64,000 nt of DNA, taken from NCBI GenBank assembly GCA_973895155.1, contig OZ316898.1, forward strand, positions 18,549,292-18,613,291, given 5' to 3'. The stretch is from Marsupella aquatica. Its lineage: Eukaryota > Plantae > Marchantiophyta. The notes under the pieces are model-generated. The model was not told the DNA's origin and searched no databases. It saw only the letters and a list, made by a program, of their open reading frames with translations. Positions 1-13,499 of the stretch are shown here, one piece after another (position 1 is the stretch's first letter; every line of letters starts with the position of its first letter). The position numbers were made by a program, and so were the translations under genes.

Positions 1-660
1 TCCCGATCGACTGAGGATGCTTGCCGTAAGTTCTAATCCAGAAGTGAATGGCAGCAGTTGCAACGTACACCGACCCTTCACGTTGCATTTGCAAGAATGA
101 CATGATTACTTGCAATGTTATGATCGTAAGTAGAAACGAAGCGATCACTGACAATTCGATCCATCTAGGTAGGGGCACAAGCCAGCTGACAAGGTTCTAC
201 GAGATCAACTTTATATGGACTACAGTATATCACATATGATTTACTTAAGTTCTAGATTAAGCTAAACAAAATTAAAGCTTGTTGGAATCCCGTTGAAGAA
301 CGGTTGGTTGGTAAACTGTCTTGATCGAAATAGATACATCGAACCGTTTATAAACTAAATCTCATGCACAGGTACATGTTGTCTATATCGACGGTTTCAG
401 CTGAGAGTGCTCGAGCGGCCACACGGCTCTCCCGTGAAGTCATCTTTCTCGCTGGGTATAGAGTGAAGCTTTTGGATACAAACCACTGTATCTACCAGGC
501 AATCTGAGCGCAAACATCGTTGAACTTCGGGATGGAACATCGTTGAACTTCGTCTTGGTCACTTCTTTGATGATCAGGAAGTCATTGAGATATCTTTGAA
601 TGGTCCTGTAGGAAGTCAACAGAAAACTGATCTGGAAGGAGGTGTGAGTCTGTACAAAAG
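1..660. repeat. Segmental-duplication block, paralog of 44390-45075 (diverged third copy at about 15130-15400)
   Basis: Near-identical sequence from CCCGATCGACTGAGGATG to GGAAGGAGGTGTGAGTCTGTA at 44390-45075; the GGTCCTGTAGGAAGTCAACAGAAAA block recurs near 15245. Confidence 0.9.
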
Positions 661-1690
661 CCCAGTCTAGATGACGAGTGAAAATGTTTTGATCGAGCTC
701 GTTCAGCATTATGGTAAAAGCTAAAATTATTGAGGAGGGAGTGGGATAGGGAATCCAATATGTTGCAACTCCTGTTTTTATCTATTTTATCAAAATTTTC
801 CAACTTTTCCTCAGACTATTCACTTTTTGCTTGAATTTTACCATGATTTTCTGAAAACCTCCAATGGCTAACATGGACCTCTTCAGCCAGCTCTCATAAT
901 TACCATCAATTTCACACCTTGGTTTTCCAAAAATGTTACAAAACCAGGCTCACTGAAGTCACAAACACTAAAACATCTGAAATCACAAATGCTGACATCA
1001 TCTCAATTGAAGTTTATAAAAATATAATATCAATGCTCATTTTCCCCAAAACATTTTCAAGTGGGGGCACCCCAACATGGGTGATGTGTTCATCTAGCAT
1101 AATACACACACTATGTTATCTTTCTTTGACATGTTTCATGAATGAGTTTAGGGTTTGATTTAGAGCAATGTAATTTTACATTTTGCCCAAAATTTGCTTA
1201 CCTAGATGGATATGAAGTTCAATAAGCAGCCTTGAGTAACTGGTTTTCCCCCATTCATTGAATATCTCAATATTATAGAAAACAGGGCCATGGCCAAATG
1301 TACCAATGAAAAGCCGAACTGGTTTTCCCCCATTTTTTTAATTCATTGAATATCTCAACATTATAGAATATATGGCCACAGCCAAATGTACCAAAAGCCT
1401 TGTTAAGTATAGAGTCTGCCAATGACCACCTGTTGGTTCAATATATAGAGTTATTTGAACACTTTGAAGATAAGGCCATCCCATTTGCACATCTAGCAAA
1501 ACAAATTAACGCTATCAAATATGGGTCACAATTGACACAATATGTAGCATTGAGAACTTTTTTTTGACAGAAGATCAGTTATACCCAAAAAAATAAGGGG
1601 CCATGACACGCCCCTTGGTCACATATTGCCAAGATTAGACCTTGATTAGATTTTGCAATTTTCTCTTCAATTTCAACTGTACGTACTCTC

Positions 1691-2171
1691 TGTTAGGTAT
1701 TTACTCCAGGTCTAGGGTTACGACATGTAACCGTAGTTAGACTAATCATAGTAGGAGACGTGGTTAGATTAACTAGGATGCACACTATATGCTAAACGGT
1801 GTTTGCTTGGATAAGTGGAACTTAGGCTCATTGTTATGGAGCCACTTGAGAGAGATGAGGAGAGCTTACACTGTGGAGACTTGGTATAGCTGACAGGCTT
1901 AGAGTTCAATAAAGCTCTCTTGTGTGTTCCCGTGGGTGTAGCCTCGAGGAAGTGAACCACGTATCTCTTGTGTCAACTACTTGCACGTTGGATGTGTCAT
2001 GTGCTTATCATTGCAATTGTTGTCTATGCTCAACACTCTCTTTTGATTAGCTTTGGGGTTCTATCTCAATTACTCATTCATAGAATTAGGCATTCTCAAG
2101 TGATTTGGCCAGCTCTTGTTCGTGAGTGCAACATCAATCCCTAGTGCGGTCCATTTGGTGAAGTATCAACA
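1691..2171 (+). mobile_element. Possible solo LTR
   Basis: TGTT...AACA termini, about 480 bp, internal AATAAA followed by a GT-rich tract; no matching TSD found. Confidence 0.35.
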
Positions 2172-2384
2172 TCATTCTGCTACGTACAATTCAGATTTCC
2201 TTATCAATTTTTGGTGGCAATTTCCCTTGATCAGCTTTGGAGCGTTCCTATGTATTTTGGTGAGCTTTGATGGCCATTTGTTTTCAATGTGCTTTGGGGT
2301 ACTATGCATTTTGCATTCCGACATCTTTGAGAGTTGTAACGGCTTAGTTTCCACTAGTGAAAGGATCTTCACTCTACCGACTTG

Positions 2385-3440
2385 TTGCTGTCCAGGCCCT
2401 TTCTCCCACCACGCTAGCTCCACTTGGTGAGGCCACCTTGAGTGCTCTTCATGATCTCCATCCACATCCCTATGGCCAACTTCCCTTATTTGTGGAGGAT
2501 TTTGAGCCTGAGGAGGTTCTTCAGTTTAGTAGGAAATATTTCACCTTAGTTTGCCTTACTCCACGCTCCACGTTGTGTTGCTAAGGGCCCCTCTGGCTAT
2601 GTTTTTGAACATTTTTGTGACTTATTCCCCCCTGAAGACTGACCAGTCAAGTAGTCGCAAAACTTGACTCCCTTCACACTTAGTTCCGGCGTCACTGACT
2701 CCAACGCTGAGCTCCCTTATGGTCCAGGCCCGGATAGGCCATTCGGGGAGGACTTAGCATGGGGAGACTTATGGGCAATGAGACGTGGAACTGGCGAAGG
2801 CAAGGCGCCAAGCTGGTGACACGCAGAAAAGACTTAGACTAGCTGAGAGTTGGTCGGGTCAGGGGAAAAGGGCCGGGTTCAAGGTCGACCGTTCAGACCC
2901 CCGGATAGATTTTGAGTTCTGAGGGCTTGAGTGAGAGCTCCTCTTGGGCCCAAGGCCAATGGATTTGACGCCATGGGCAACGGACGCTTGGGGTGTGAGT
3001 TAGGGCAGTTAGGGTATTGCAGCAGGGCACTTGCCTCCTCCGGTCTCTCGCATTCTAAGCGCATTGCAATTACTAACCATATATGGCTAAGTCATCCCCG
3101 GGAGTTTGGCCCATTGCCATTGGAGAGGTTTTTCTTCATATTGTGTCTCGCACACTCACATCACAATATCGATCACTATCAGATCATCTCTCTCCACATC
3201 AGTTTGTAGTCTGTGACATTGATTTCCTGAAGGTTGTGAGACTGTTATTGTGGGTACATCTGAGCTACCTTGGATCTCAACCCTGATTGGTTTGTCCTAG
3301 AGGACGGTGGATGTCTCCAATGTTTTCAACACGGTCTCAAGGGTGGCCATTTTTAATGCTTTCAGAGCAACGGATCCAAACATCCAATCCCTTATCATGT
3401 TTGTCCATTATTTTTATGGTTTGGAGCCCCCCTTCTTTAT
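2385..3440 (+). pseudogene. Degenerate CRE-like (early-branching) non-LTR retrotransposon RT fragment
   Basis: Fragments LAPLGEATLSALHDLHP, GVWPIAIGEVFLHIVSR..QF, DVSNVFNTVSR..FYG resemble the CRE/SLACS-type RT pattern GxRPIAVGE..QFGV..DxxNAFN; paralog at 56090-57000. Confidence 0.65.
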
Positions 3441-4760
3441 AGTCATTAAGCTAACATAAGAACCCGGGAGGAACCCTAGGCCTCATTCTTAACCAATACG
3501 TGGAGGACGTGCGAACGCTGGAAGGGTAATTTTTATTCATTTTGAACTAATAATTATAATTATTCCCGGTAATAAGGGAGTTTTTAATAGTAAAATGGAA
3601 ATAACAAGGGGTAAACAGGAAAAAGGTCTGATTGTAGGGGGTCCACTTCTTCTACACGGAGTGAGGGCCCAGGGGGAGGAAGCACCAAATCCACATGGAT
3701 ACTCTACAAGTTGCTTTAGCCCCAGCTCCTTTCCTCCCCACTTTCTCTTTTTCTTCCTCATTTTTTAGGTTTAAGTCTTGGGGGTTTCACTTTCACAAAA
3801 ATGGCACATCACGTGCGACGAAATATAGGGTCATTTTATTGGTTCAAAGAGACGACTTAAGAATTTTTTGAGAAAAACAATAGGATCTTTTAAATCAAAT
3901 TTTAAGACTTATAAGAACATTAGGGTCCTTATAACTTAATTTTTGGAACATTCCAAGAATATTCCCATTTTGTAGTGGTTAAATGTTTTTAAAAATTCTT
4001 ACATTTTAGGGGGTCTGAGGCCAAAAAATTCACAGGTGATGGGGAGACATCCATATAGTGAGACCCACGAGGTTTAAGTTTGCTTTAATTTCTTTACGGA
4101 CCCCACTAGAGGTCCCTTCCAAACTTCCTGGCACCACAATGCGTCACGTCATCGAGATGCGCTGCAAACAGGTACATATTGGTTTACAAAACAAAATTTG
4201 CTTCAACATTCGTGTTTGTGGCATGATTTTGGTAAAATCAAGGACGCCATGCCGTAAAACTTGATGTAAAGTTGTTTTAAAAGTGACCGTTTTATTTTCT
4301 CTAGGTAACAAAATGTTTAAGTAATCATAGACTCGTAACCGACTAACCCACCCTCTGGTTCAATTAAGTAATTAATTAAGTAATTAATTAAGTATATATC
4401 CTGCACTCACTTGTACTCTGGATCACACAGAGGGTATCCTAACAACTTCTCTTCGAACTCCTTTATGTTTTGTTGAGCCCTAGGCGAGAAAGCACTCAAG
4501 TCAATGGCCACAACAACCATTCAATTTAAAACGGATGGGGTCCACGAACTAAGTTTTCTGGTTAGGTGTTTATTTTTTAAAATTTTGGTTCACTTCATTC
4601 TCCAAAACTTTGGGAAATACAATTTGGGCAGAGATTTGGAAAAATAATCTTTTGTGGAAAAGCAATAAAAGTGAACAAAAAATCTGAAATAGTCCCCTTC
4701 ACTTTACACAAAAGGTAAAACAAATAAAAGGGAAACAAAAACTCTTAATATAGTCACCTG

Positions 4761-5530
4761 TCAAGCTCTCCTGATCGCTCTTACCAGCGCCTCATGGAGA
4801 CATGTCTCATGGTCTACGACTGCATGAATGGCGGAATTCAGATCTTCAGCCACGGACTGGAAAGGGGTGGAAGTCGATCGTGCGTGTGCGCCTGCTGCAC
4901 ACTCAAGTTCGTCTCCGTATTCTCAGCGTTGCAGAATCTAATCCTGATTACTATTCTGTTGACGACGATGGAGTCCCTATCAACCAGGAAGATTTAGTAG
5001 CCACTCTCTGTGGCTTTTCGATTGCTGTCATCCTTGCCTTGGAGCAGATCGACATGAATCTGTCCCCCAAAGAGGTGTTTGCATACCTCCACCTATGGCG
5101 TCTGGTTGGGCATTACATGGGAATCCTTCCGGAAAACAATCCACTCACCTCTTGCGAAGATGCTCGAGCTTCGATGGAGTCTGTCCTCCGTCACCTACTT
5201 ACTCGTCCTACTAACACATCTGCAGACTTGGCTAATTCCGTTCTTCGAGCTGTGGCCGAGAAGCCACCCAAGGCAATCCTTCTCATTTCATTCCGCGAGT
5301 GTCCGTGCCCTCTTGGGTGAGGATCTCAGTAATGCTCTCCAGATTGAATCTTCCGGCTTGTACAAGAGGATCATGATTAAGCTCTTGTTCGCCACCTTCC
5401 GGTTGCCTCCCACGCCGTGGTGGACGCGAGTTGTCCAGGTGTGGCAAGCTTGGTTTTTTTAAAACACAGTTACCAGGATTGAGTTGAACTTCAACATGAA
5501 AGTGGTCCCCAACTTGGCAGAGGAGGATGA
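4761..5530 (+). pseudogene. Truncated MpaB/Lcp-type (DUF2236) oxygenase, copy 1
   Basis: Nearly identical to exon 2 of the copy at 61201-62086, but lacks exon 1 and the start of exon 2, has frameshifts near 4842 and 5270, and a premature TAA at 5460. Confidence 0.9.
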
Positions 5531-6600
5531 ACCTGCATCATGTTCAAGGTATTGACGGGGGTATTGAATCTTCAATTTGTTCATACTGAAATCATTGTTA
5601 TATTTATCAAATTGAACGTCATTCAAGCGGGCATTCAAGTTGGGATTTCCAATTAGTTGTCTATAATCCACGTATTTGATAAAACTCCACCATTCGCAGC
5701 TTTTACACTGAATTCACCTTCGATGCAATGGGCCTCGTTGTCCTTGTTGTACGCTTTATTTATGAGTCGTTCCGTTTTGTGGTTTCACTTTCCGACTTCC
5801 ATTCGCTCCCCTTGAATTTTTGTGACAGCGTCTCACTCAATAGTTAGAGCTGTACCTCTTGAAATCTAATCAGACGATGACATGCTGGCTGATCCTAACA
5901 GGAAAATAGTCTAATTTGTTAACAATCGAATCTCCTCTTTCCCTGATCTGTACTTCCAGTATCAACCTCCATTATCTGAACTTCATATCCGTTTCATCGG
6001 TGTTGCTGTTCGCTCAATGGGTGATAGTGCCAATATATCTGTCGGTGCATTAGCTGGACGCATCCGAGTTATTGCAGACAGTCCTCAATTTGGCGCAAAA
6101 GTATTTTGACTCGGAGTCCAGCCATGAATAGAAGCTGTGCACATCAGTGTCACTTATTCGATAGTACCTACTAGTGCGATAATTAGCGTCGAAAGTCCGT
6201 TTCTTAATATACATGGCTCGGGAAGCACCAGTATCTGAAGTACAGTATGTAACGAGGTGGATTTGCGTCTCAGAAGTTGCTGTTGATTGTGTCCGAAGCG
6301 ACTTCATTCATTCGCGAATGGAATCGATAGCGTGAAAGGGTGCTGGAGTTCTTTGTCATTCGAGCAACAGTTTTGAAGTTTAACACCAGTGCACCAGCTC
6401 GGCTATTCCTGTTTCACAGCCTTTACCGAGATGAACGGTCTCCACCTTGATGGAGCCTTTAATTTCTTTGAAAGCAATTTGTGGATAACCATATAGGACG
6501 AACTTAGTGGAATTGTAGATAGAGTACAAATATCTGCGATGGATGGTGCACCTCAACTCTCATTAGCTGTAATCCCAGTAGTAATAGTAAAGCTGACCAT
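5530..6600. repeat. Duplicated 3' flank of the oxygenase gene (paralog of 41690-42750; start also at 63640-63760)
   Basis: Shared blocks, e.g. TATTGACGGGGGTATT, TTTTGACTCGGAGTCCAGCC, CACATCAGTGTCACTTATTCGA. Confidence 0.85.
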
Positions 6601-6873
6601 TTTAGAGGGCCTTTTAGAAAGCCTAACTAAACTACGTACAAGTCTCTTGCAAAATTAGAGAGTTGTCGTGACTATTTAGGCCAATCACTTGTGTTTTGTC
6701 ATAATGTCCGTAAAAACTATTAGACCATTAGGATGCTTGTAGAGCATCCTGGGAGACATGGTCCGATGTATGTTTAAATTATTTTTGGAAAATTATGTTG
6801 TTGTCAATGTGAAAGGTTAGCTATGTTGTTGGGAAAGCGATGAAGGAAGGGTAAACACTAAATCTACCGAGCA

Positions 6874-8922
6874 ATGAGTAGAGATCCAAAATTCAAAGAA
6901 ATGACCACGGACACGGCGATGGAGATCCAGCCGGCAGAGTACACTCTTGGCGATGTCAGGATGACATCGAGGGTACAGGGGTCTCTGGCGGATGAAGCAC
7001 ACAATAGCTTGAAAGGAGACACAGTCAGACAAGCTGAAAAGGGCAGGACTGGCAACGTCAGTGCAACAGCTATGAGGGTGGTCACTGAGAAGTCAGGAAG
7101 GAATAAAGAAACTGAAGAAATTGCATGGGGAAACAAGATTTCGCAGCAGGTGGAGGCCACACAAGTGAATGGAATGCACAATGGGAAAGCGCAGCTAAAG
7201 ATGCACAGGGCAGAACCAAGCAGTGAGAGCAGACCTGGCAATACCTCGGGGTCAGGGACCAAGAGGGCACAGGCTGAACAGAGCAAGCTGAACCTCGGGT
7301 CTCCACCCTCTGACAAAATCAAGACAGTGATTGAAAACAATGGAAGCCAACAAACAGTAGATTGCGATAGAATGCTCACACACAATGGGCAGCTGACCAA
7401 CAAAAGTGTCTTGAATGGTGTTCACGAGGAGTCAAAAGAAAACCAGAAAAAGACAGGGAATTTTGGTTTCTTGGACCCAGCATGGGACCCAGCAGAAGGG
7501 GATGACACGGAGGGATACCTCAATGGGGGGGACAGTGATGAAGAGGAGGACGAAAACCCCTACGACCACAATCTGGACAAAGAAGCAGGGATGCATGTGT
7601 CAAACGAAGATCTTCGTGCTCAACTAGCACATCTGCCACAAGTCCCAAACAAGCCATCGCCAGGAATGAGGTCAGAAACTCTAGTAGTAGACAAGAATAT
7701 CGTTGCAAGCCGCATTATGCATTTACAAAATCGTGGGATTATCATGTACACCGTTGACTTCAATCCTTCAAGAGACTATTTTGAAGAATGGGCACATGAA
7801 GTAATAGGCCACAGAATGGGGATCGCACTAGAGCAAATCAAGGTTCTGTCCAGGTACACATTTCTGATTGTTGTGTCCACCCCTGAGGAGCAAACCTCTA
7901 TCCTTCTGGAACCATATCTTAGCATGGGTAGGAAGATGGTGATTGCTATGCCGTGGACACCTGATTTTGATGCCAAAGCCATGAAATCTACTAGAGCGCC
8001 AGTGTGGGTCGATCTGCCGCTGCTTAACCCGGCTTTTGAGTACTACGCAAACCAGATGTTAGCAAAAGTGGGGAAAGTACTCTATGCACAGACTGCACAT
8101 GGTAGAAGTAAATTTTCACATATTCGGGGTTGTGTGCTTTGCAACCTAAACGCTGATCTTGTAGAGTACATAGACATGAATATCCCAGGGGTTGGCCACT
8201 ACCGGGTGGATGTAATTTATCGCACTCTACCAGATGCCTGCTTTGCCTGCAAGCAAAGAGGTCACATAGCCAGATACTGTCCTAACAAGCCAAATGTGGG
8301 AAAAAGCAATGGGGACCGGGCAAACGGAATTTCAAATCTAGAATCCACAGGGAAACAGGGGAAAGTGCCAGTCCAGGTAGACAAAGAAGGCTTCACTATA
8401 GTCAAAACTCGGGCCCCACACAAAGGTGATAGGAATAAAGGGGAAACAGCCACCACACAAGACCGGAGCAGCAATCCCTTTGATGCTTTAGCACAGCTGG
8501 ATGACATCGAAGATGGAGAAATTGTACCTGAGCAAATCACAAATGTGGCCCAAAAAGAGGAAGCCAATACTGAAAAGAGCACAAGGGAATCAAAGGAAAA
8601 CAACACAAAACAAATTGAGCCTGCTGAGAGCAACGGGAACGGTGAGGAGGAAGCACCAACAGCCATTCACAGCACCAACCTAATGAATAGTGCCTCGTTG
8701 GAGGCTAACGCTATGGAGCCTACCAAGGCAGGGGAGGGAGCAGAACCAATGGAGACTGACAGCAACAAAAGCACAAGGAAAGCGGTGCCTTCACCTACAA
8801 ATGCTTGGGGTACTGGGGCCAGTGTCTCTCCCTCCAAAACAGGGACGCCAGCACGACAACAAACCAAGAAAACTAAGAAGAGCAATCAAACAGCAGTGAT
8901 TCCAACCTTTGCGAGCGACTGA
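6874..8922 (+). CDS. LINE ORF1 (DUF4283-like region plus CCHC zinc knuckle); probably once extended in frame to 9165
   Basis: PWTPDF..PVWVDLP motif and CFACKQRGHIARYC (CX2CX4HX4C); ORF 8926-9165 is in the same frame after one TGA and its stop overlaps the ORF2 ATG. Confidence 0.85.
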   Translation: MSRDPKFKEMTTDTAMEIQPAEYTLGDVRMTSRVQGSLADEAHNSLKGDTVRQAEKGRTGNVSATAMRVVTEKSGRNKETEEIAWGNKISQQVEATQVNGMHNGKAQLKMHRAEPSSESRPGNTSGSGTKRAQAEQSKLNLGSPPSDKIKTVIENNGSQQTVDCDRMLTHNGQLTNKSVLNGVHEESKENQKKTGNFGFLDPAWDPAEGDDTEGYLNGGDSDEEEDENPYDHNLDKEAGMHVSNEDLRAQLAHLPQVPNKPSPGMRSETLVVDKNIVASRIMHLQNRGIIMYTVDFNPSRDYFEEWAHEVIGHRMGIALEQIKVLSRYTFLIVVSTPEEQTSILLEPYLSMGRKMVIAMPWTPDFDAKAMKSTRAPVWVDLPLLNPAFEYYANQMLAKVGKVLYAQTAHGRSKFSHIRGCVLCNLNADLVEYIDMNIPGVGHYRVDVIYRTLPDACFACKQRGHIARYCPNKPNVGKSNGDRANGISNLESTGKQGKVPVQVDKEGFTIVKTRAPHKGDRNKGETATTQDRSSNPFDALAQLDDIEDGEIVPEQITNVAQKEEANTEKSTRESKENNTKQIEPAESNGNGEEEAPTAIHSTNLMNSASLEANAMEPTKAGEGAEPMETDSNKSTRKAVPSPTNAWGTGASVSPSKTGTPARQQTKKTKKSNQTAVIPTFASD

Positions 8923-9161
8923 AGAATGGCAGAATTTCTCCCAGAAGAAATTCCATATCATGTGAGTGACAGAAGTGGTGGGACTGAACCAAGGATGCTC
9001 CGCTTTGACCAAGCTCAACCCAACAACAGTAACGGAGGGGGTCGGGACCAACGGAAGGGTGGCAAAGAGAAGAACACAAATGAACAGGGGAACAAGACAA
9101 CAACGGAAGAGAAGGGAACAGGCCCGAACAGAAGTACTGTCACACAAAAAAAAACTGCTTT

Positions 9162-12100
9162 ATGATGACTGACGAACTTACTGTGAGTCAATGGAATGTT
9201 AGGGGACTCAACGACCCGCTGAAGCTGAAGCAGATTGATGGCTGGATAAAAAAAAACAAACAAGAGACGTCGATCTTGTGCCTACAAGAGCTGAAAATTA
9301 AAAAGGATAGGGCAATTTTCCAACTGGGAGTCTTGGCACCGACCGCGACGAAGTTGGTGGATTGTGATGAGAACGGGAAAGTGGGCGCAGCGCTGATTTA
9401 TACCAAATAATCACCAAATCTTGGACCATGGGAGTAAGGGGGACGGGACCTTTGTGTGGGCAAGCATTCTGACCACCAAAGGGGAAGTGAGTATTGGTTC
9501 GGTGTACGCCCCTAATGAACGGAGGGAAAGGTGTGCAATGTGGAAGTGGCTTCGGAAGCACTTAAAAGTGTCAAATCGGATCCTGGGTGGCGACTGGAAC
9601 ATGATTGAGTTGTGGGACAACGCTGTGGGCCCTAACTCGCTACTCCATGGATCGGAAGCTAGGGCATAGAATAAACTCTCAGACCATCTGGATCTTGTTG
9701 ACAATTACCTTTGCGCAGGCACCAGGAAGGGCCCGCATTTCTCTAGGCAAGCTAATTATGCTGGTCGGCTTGATCAATCTAGATTGGATAGAAACTACAG
9801 TAGCAGTAGAAATCAGTGGTGCGAGTATATAAGATTATGTACTCATGACGGACGGGAAACTCTCTCAGATCACATACCTGTTTCCATGACCTTTGTTCTG
9901 CAACAGAAGATGCAATCTGGACCCGGGAAAAAATCTACATACTTTAAGATGCATCCGGAGTACGTGGACTCACCAACTCTGGAAGGTGAGATGAAAACAA
10001 TCTGGCAAGCACAGATGAGTGATAATTGTGACCCCCGGGTTAATTGGGACCTGGCGTGGGGCGCAGTCAAGAAGCTCCATCAAGCGGAAAAAAGGAGAAG
10101 GAACAACAGCAGATCTCAGGAGCATCCAGGTAACGAATTGCAGGAGGCTAGGATTGGGCTAGGATTGCTGCAGGGAACAATCCGTCTAGGGCGAATCCAG
10201 ACGAACTTAGGCAGATTGAAGACAAGACCAGGAAGGTGGCGAAGGATGATGCAATCAAGCCCGGGTACGTATAATCGGCAGGGGTCTACATTTTTATATG
10301 GACCAAAAAGTTGGCTATACAAAATAATAAATTTTCAAAAAACCTGGGTTTTCCACTTTTTAAAAATTCCAAGTCATGTAAAAGGCTTGGTTTTCTTCCT
10401 TTTCCATATGAAATTTAAAAATATTCCTACACATGCTGGAATTTTTATTAAAATATTTTTAAAATTTTAATAAAAATCCTGAAAAGCTGGCTAGTTTGGC
10501 TGTAGACCCCTGTATTAAAAAAACTCATATAATTTGGTTTTGATCAACTTTTAATACATCAAAACATGTTTGGTTTTCTTTTAAGTTACATTTTTGGATT
10601 CCTTAAGTTGAGAGGTACAAGATTTTAGTAGACTAAAATAAAATCTAAGATGGTCAATTGGATATATGACCATTATAAGGAATTAAAAACTTACCTTATA
10701 AAAAGAGGAGTTGCATACCTGGGCAATCAAGCTGAGGTGTAGAAGCAGAATTAGGTGGCTGAAATTGGGTGAAGCTCCAACCAAATACTTCTTCAACCAA
10801 CTCAAAGCAAAACAAGCCAAGGAAAGCATCAAACAACTTTGCCTGCAGAGCGGGGAAATCTGTGAAGATGAAGAGGTGATTCTCCAAGAAATCTCCTCCT
10901 TTTACAAGCAACTATACTCGAAAGACCCGCAAGTGGATACACATCAAATGCAAAAAGATGAGGTATTGCAGCTTATCTCCAAAAAAGTAACTCAGGAGGA
11001 GAACTCTATGATCACCGAGATTCCAGGAGCGGAAGAAATCGAAAAAATTGTTACTAACATGCCAAAAGAAAAAGCACCTGGAATTGACGGAGTGACCATA
11101 GAAATGCTACAGAAGGGATGGGAATACATGAAGCAGCCTTGCATTGATATGATCCAAGCCTATTGGGAGGATGGCAAGCTATCGTCCAAGGCATCTGCCG
11201 GGGTGATCAAACTCATCCCAAAGAACAACAATACCTTGGACCTGAGTAACTGGAGGCCACTGACCATGCTGACCCTGACCGAAAAGATCGTGGCCAAACT
11301 CCTGGCAAACAGAATTAAGAAGGTGGCAGGAAAATTAGTTGATCCACAACAAACCGGTTTCCTCGAAGGAAGAGACATTCTGGATAACTTATTGACGTTC
11401 AAGATTGGACATGAGTTGGCAACCATCAAGCAGATGCCAACCATTTTCCTCAAACTTGACTTCACTAAAGCTTACGATCGAGTTGCTCACTCTTTTCTAT
11501 GGTCGGTGCTGACAGCGATGAACTTTGACCACAAGGTTATCTCGCTCATTAAAGGACTGGTGGAAGGAGCACAATCAAAAGTGCATATTAATGGTAGGTT
11601 CACAGAACCCATTGCTCTGGGTAGGGGTGTCAGACAAGGGTGTCCAGTGTCTTCACTGCTGTTCCCGCTCACTACCCAACCTCTGATGTCCTTAATCAAG
11701 GAAAAGATCAGCGAGGGACAACTGCAAGGGCTGAAACTTCATGACAACAATCATCTGTGCCATCAGCTGTTTGCTGATGACACTGGCCTGTTCCTCACTG
11801 CAACAGAAAGGAATTTTCAGATTGCTCGCGCCACGATCCAGAAGTATGAGGACATCTCGAGAGCCCTGCTAAACCTTCAGAAGTAAAAAATTATTCCTCT
11901 CTATCTAATTGACGGCAGCTACCCCAGCTGGCTACATAGCACAGGTTGCAGTATTGCCAAGCAGGGAGAGATTATTGAATATCTTGGATGCCCGATCGGC
12001 TACAAGATCCGCCCTTCTCATGCGGCTAGCTTTATGCTGGGAAAGCTGAGAAAGCGACTATGCCACTGGACCAATAGAAATCTTTCTATGACTGGCAGGG

Positions 12101-13172
12101 CGGTCCTGCTGAAACATGTTCTGAGGGCTATCCCCACGTATCATCTCATGTCGATGGAGCTGCACAAGACTGGTTACCAGGAGTTGGAGAAAGTCTGCAG
12201 GCGCTTCCATTAATCGGGGAATTAAAAAGATATCAGACCTTTTCTCCCCCATGGACGGCTGGCTGGATAGCGACACCCTCTGCAATCGCATACGGAGCAA
12301 TAGACACTGTGGTTTTGATGCTTTTTTTTTTTTTTTTTTTCAACAGGTTCTATGACATGTTGAGAAGAAGTAATGGCCTCTTTGAAGGCAATCTGCACCA
12401 ATGCGAAAGCTGACAGTGGACTTGGAAAGGGAAGAATCATGGATGGAGATTTCCAAATAAGGTCTGGACCCAATGTTCCCCGAAGTCTAACCTTGACGTG
12501 ACCAAGATTAACAGGAGATGGGGACAGCTGAAGACCAGGGCACAATGGAATCAACTATGGAAGAGCCTGTGGGGGGGATGGACATTTCCGAAAGTGAGAT
12601 TTCTGATTTGGAGGTTGCTTAACCATGGTTTTTTCACCAACGGTAGGGGAAGCCACTGGAAGGTGAGTGATGGGGTATGTGCGAGATGCAAGCTCTATTT
12701 TGAGCACACGGAACACCTTTTTTTCAGCTGCAGAATGGTGACCGAGCGGTGGCAAGAGGTGTACAATGCCCTGCAGGAGACTCCAGCTCTTAAGTTTCCT
12801 AACCACAATTTGTTTACCGCAATTTCTTATGCGGTCAGGACACACAAACGGAAACCTGGGCCACTTATCATTCTGATGGAACTATGCAATAGCATATGGA
12901 AAGAACGAAACGCAGCAACATATTCACAATTCCTTGGGCGTCTCCCTGGATGGGTGACCCTGCGACAGTCTGAAATTCACCTCAGGGCCTTGTACGGGGG
13001 ATGCACCACTCCTAGGAAAAGCAAGCAAGTTAGGAAAGCCTTGGACCAGATTCAGCTTGTGCTAAAGCCATGGGAGCTGACTGAGAGTCCAGTTGCCTTA
13101 GATCTCTCTATAACGCCAGATCGGGATGGAGCACAAACATTTGCAAGGCACATCACATGGGATGAAGTATAG
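9162..13172 (+). pseudogene. LINE ORF2 (endonuclease, reverse transcriptase, zf-RVT), disrupted
   Basis: WNVRGLN, LCLQE, VYAPN, GGDWN, SDH (APE); KAPGIDG, NWRPLTML, KLDFTKAYD, GVRQGCP, LFADD (RT, 10711-11886); CARC..EHTEHLFFSC (12498-13172). Confidence 0.92.
10260..10723. mobile_element. hAT-like MITE inserted in LINE ORF2
   Basis: 8-bp TSD CAATCAAG (10252-10259 and 10724-10731); imperfect TIRs CCCGGGTACGTA / TGCATACCTGGG; inverted second copy at 58579-59040. Confidence 0.85.
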
Positions 13173-13499
13173 GCCCATTAACATTTGTGTGATGGAAGAC
13201 TTTCAAAGTTTTGTGGAAGAACACATAGGGCATGTTTTATTGGAGGGTCAACTTTAAAGAACACATAGACGGTCTATTTAATTATAAAAAATATTTTCTT
13301 TAAAGTGTTTAGGGTTTTTTTTAATAAAAATGACAACATTTAAAGAAAGAAAGAGTTTTGCAAAAAACTATTTTTCACTTATAAGCTAGGGGGATGAAAC
13401 ACTCATTCAAACCTTGCACGATATATATAACCCTTCATATAGTGACCCCAACAAGGGATAAGGGAGGAATGAACTTTATTAATCTCATCCATTTTGTAT

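Larger units (their letters stand above)
6874..13172 (+). mobile_element. L1-clade LINE retrotransposon, decayed
   Basis: ORF1 with zinc knuckle, then ORF2 with APE endonuclease, RT and C-terminal zf-RVT; several stops and a MITE insertion. Confidence 0.95.

Noticed and set aside
9784-10470. 228-aa ORF as an independent gene
   Set aside because: It is a LINE ORF2 fragment reading into the MITE inserted at 10260.
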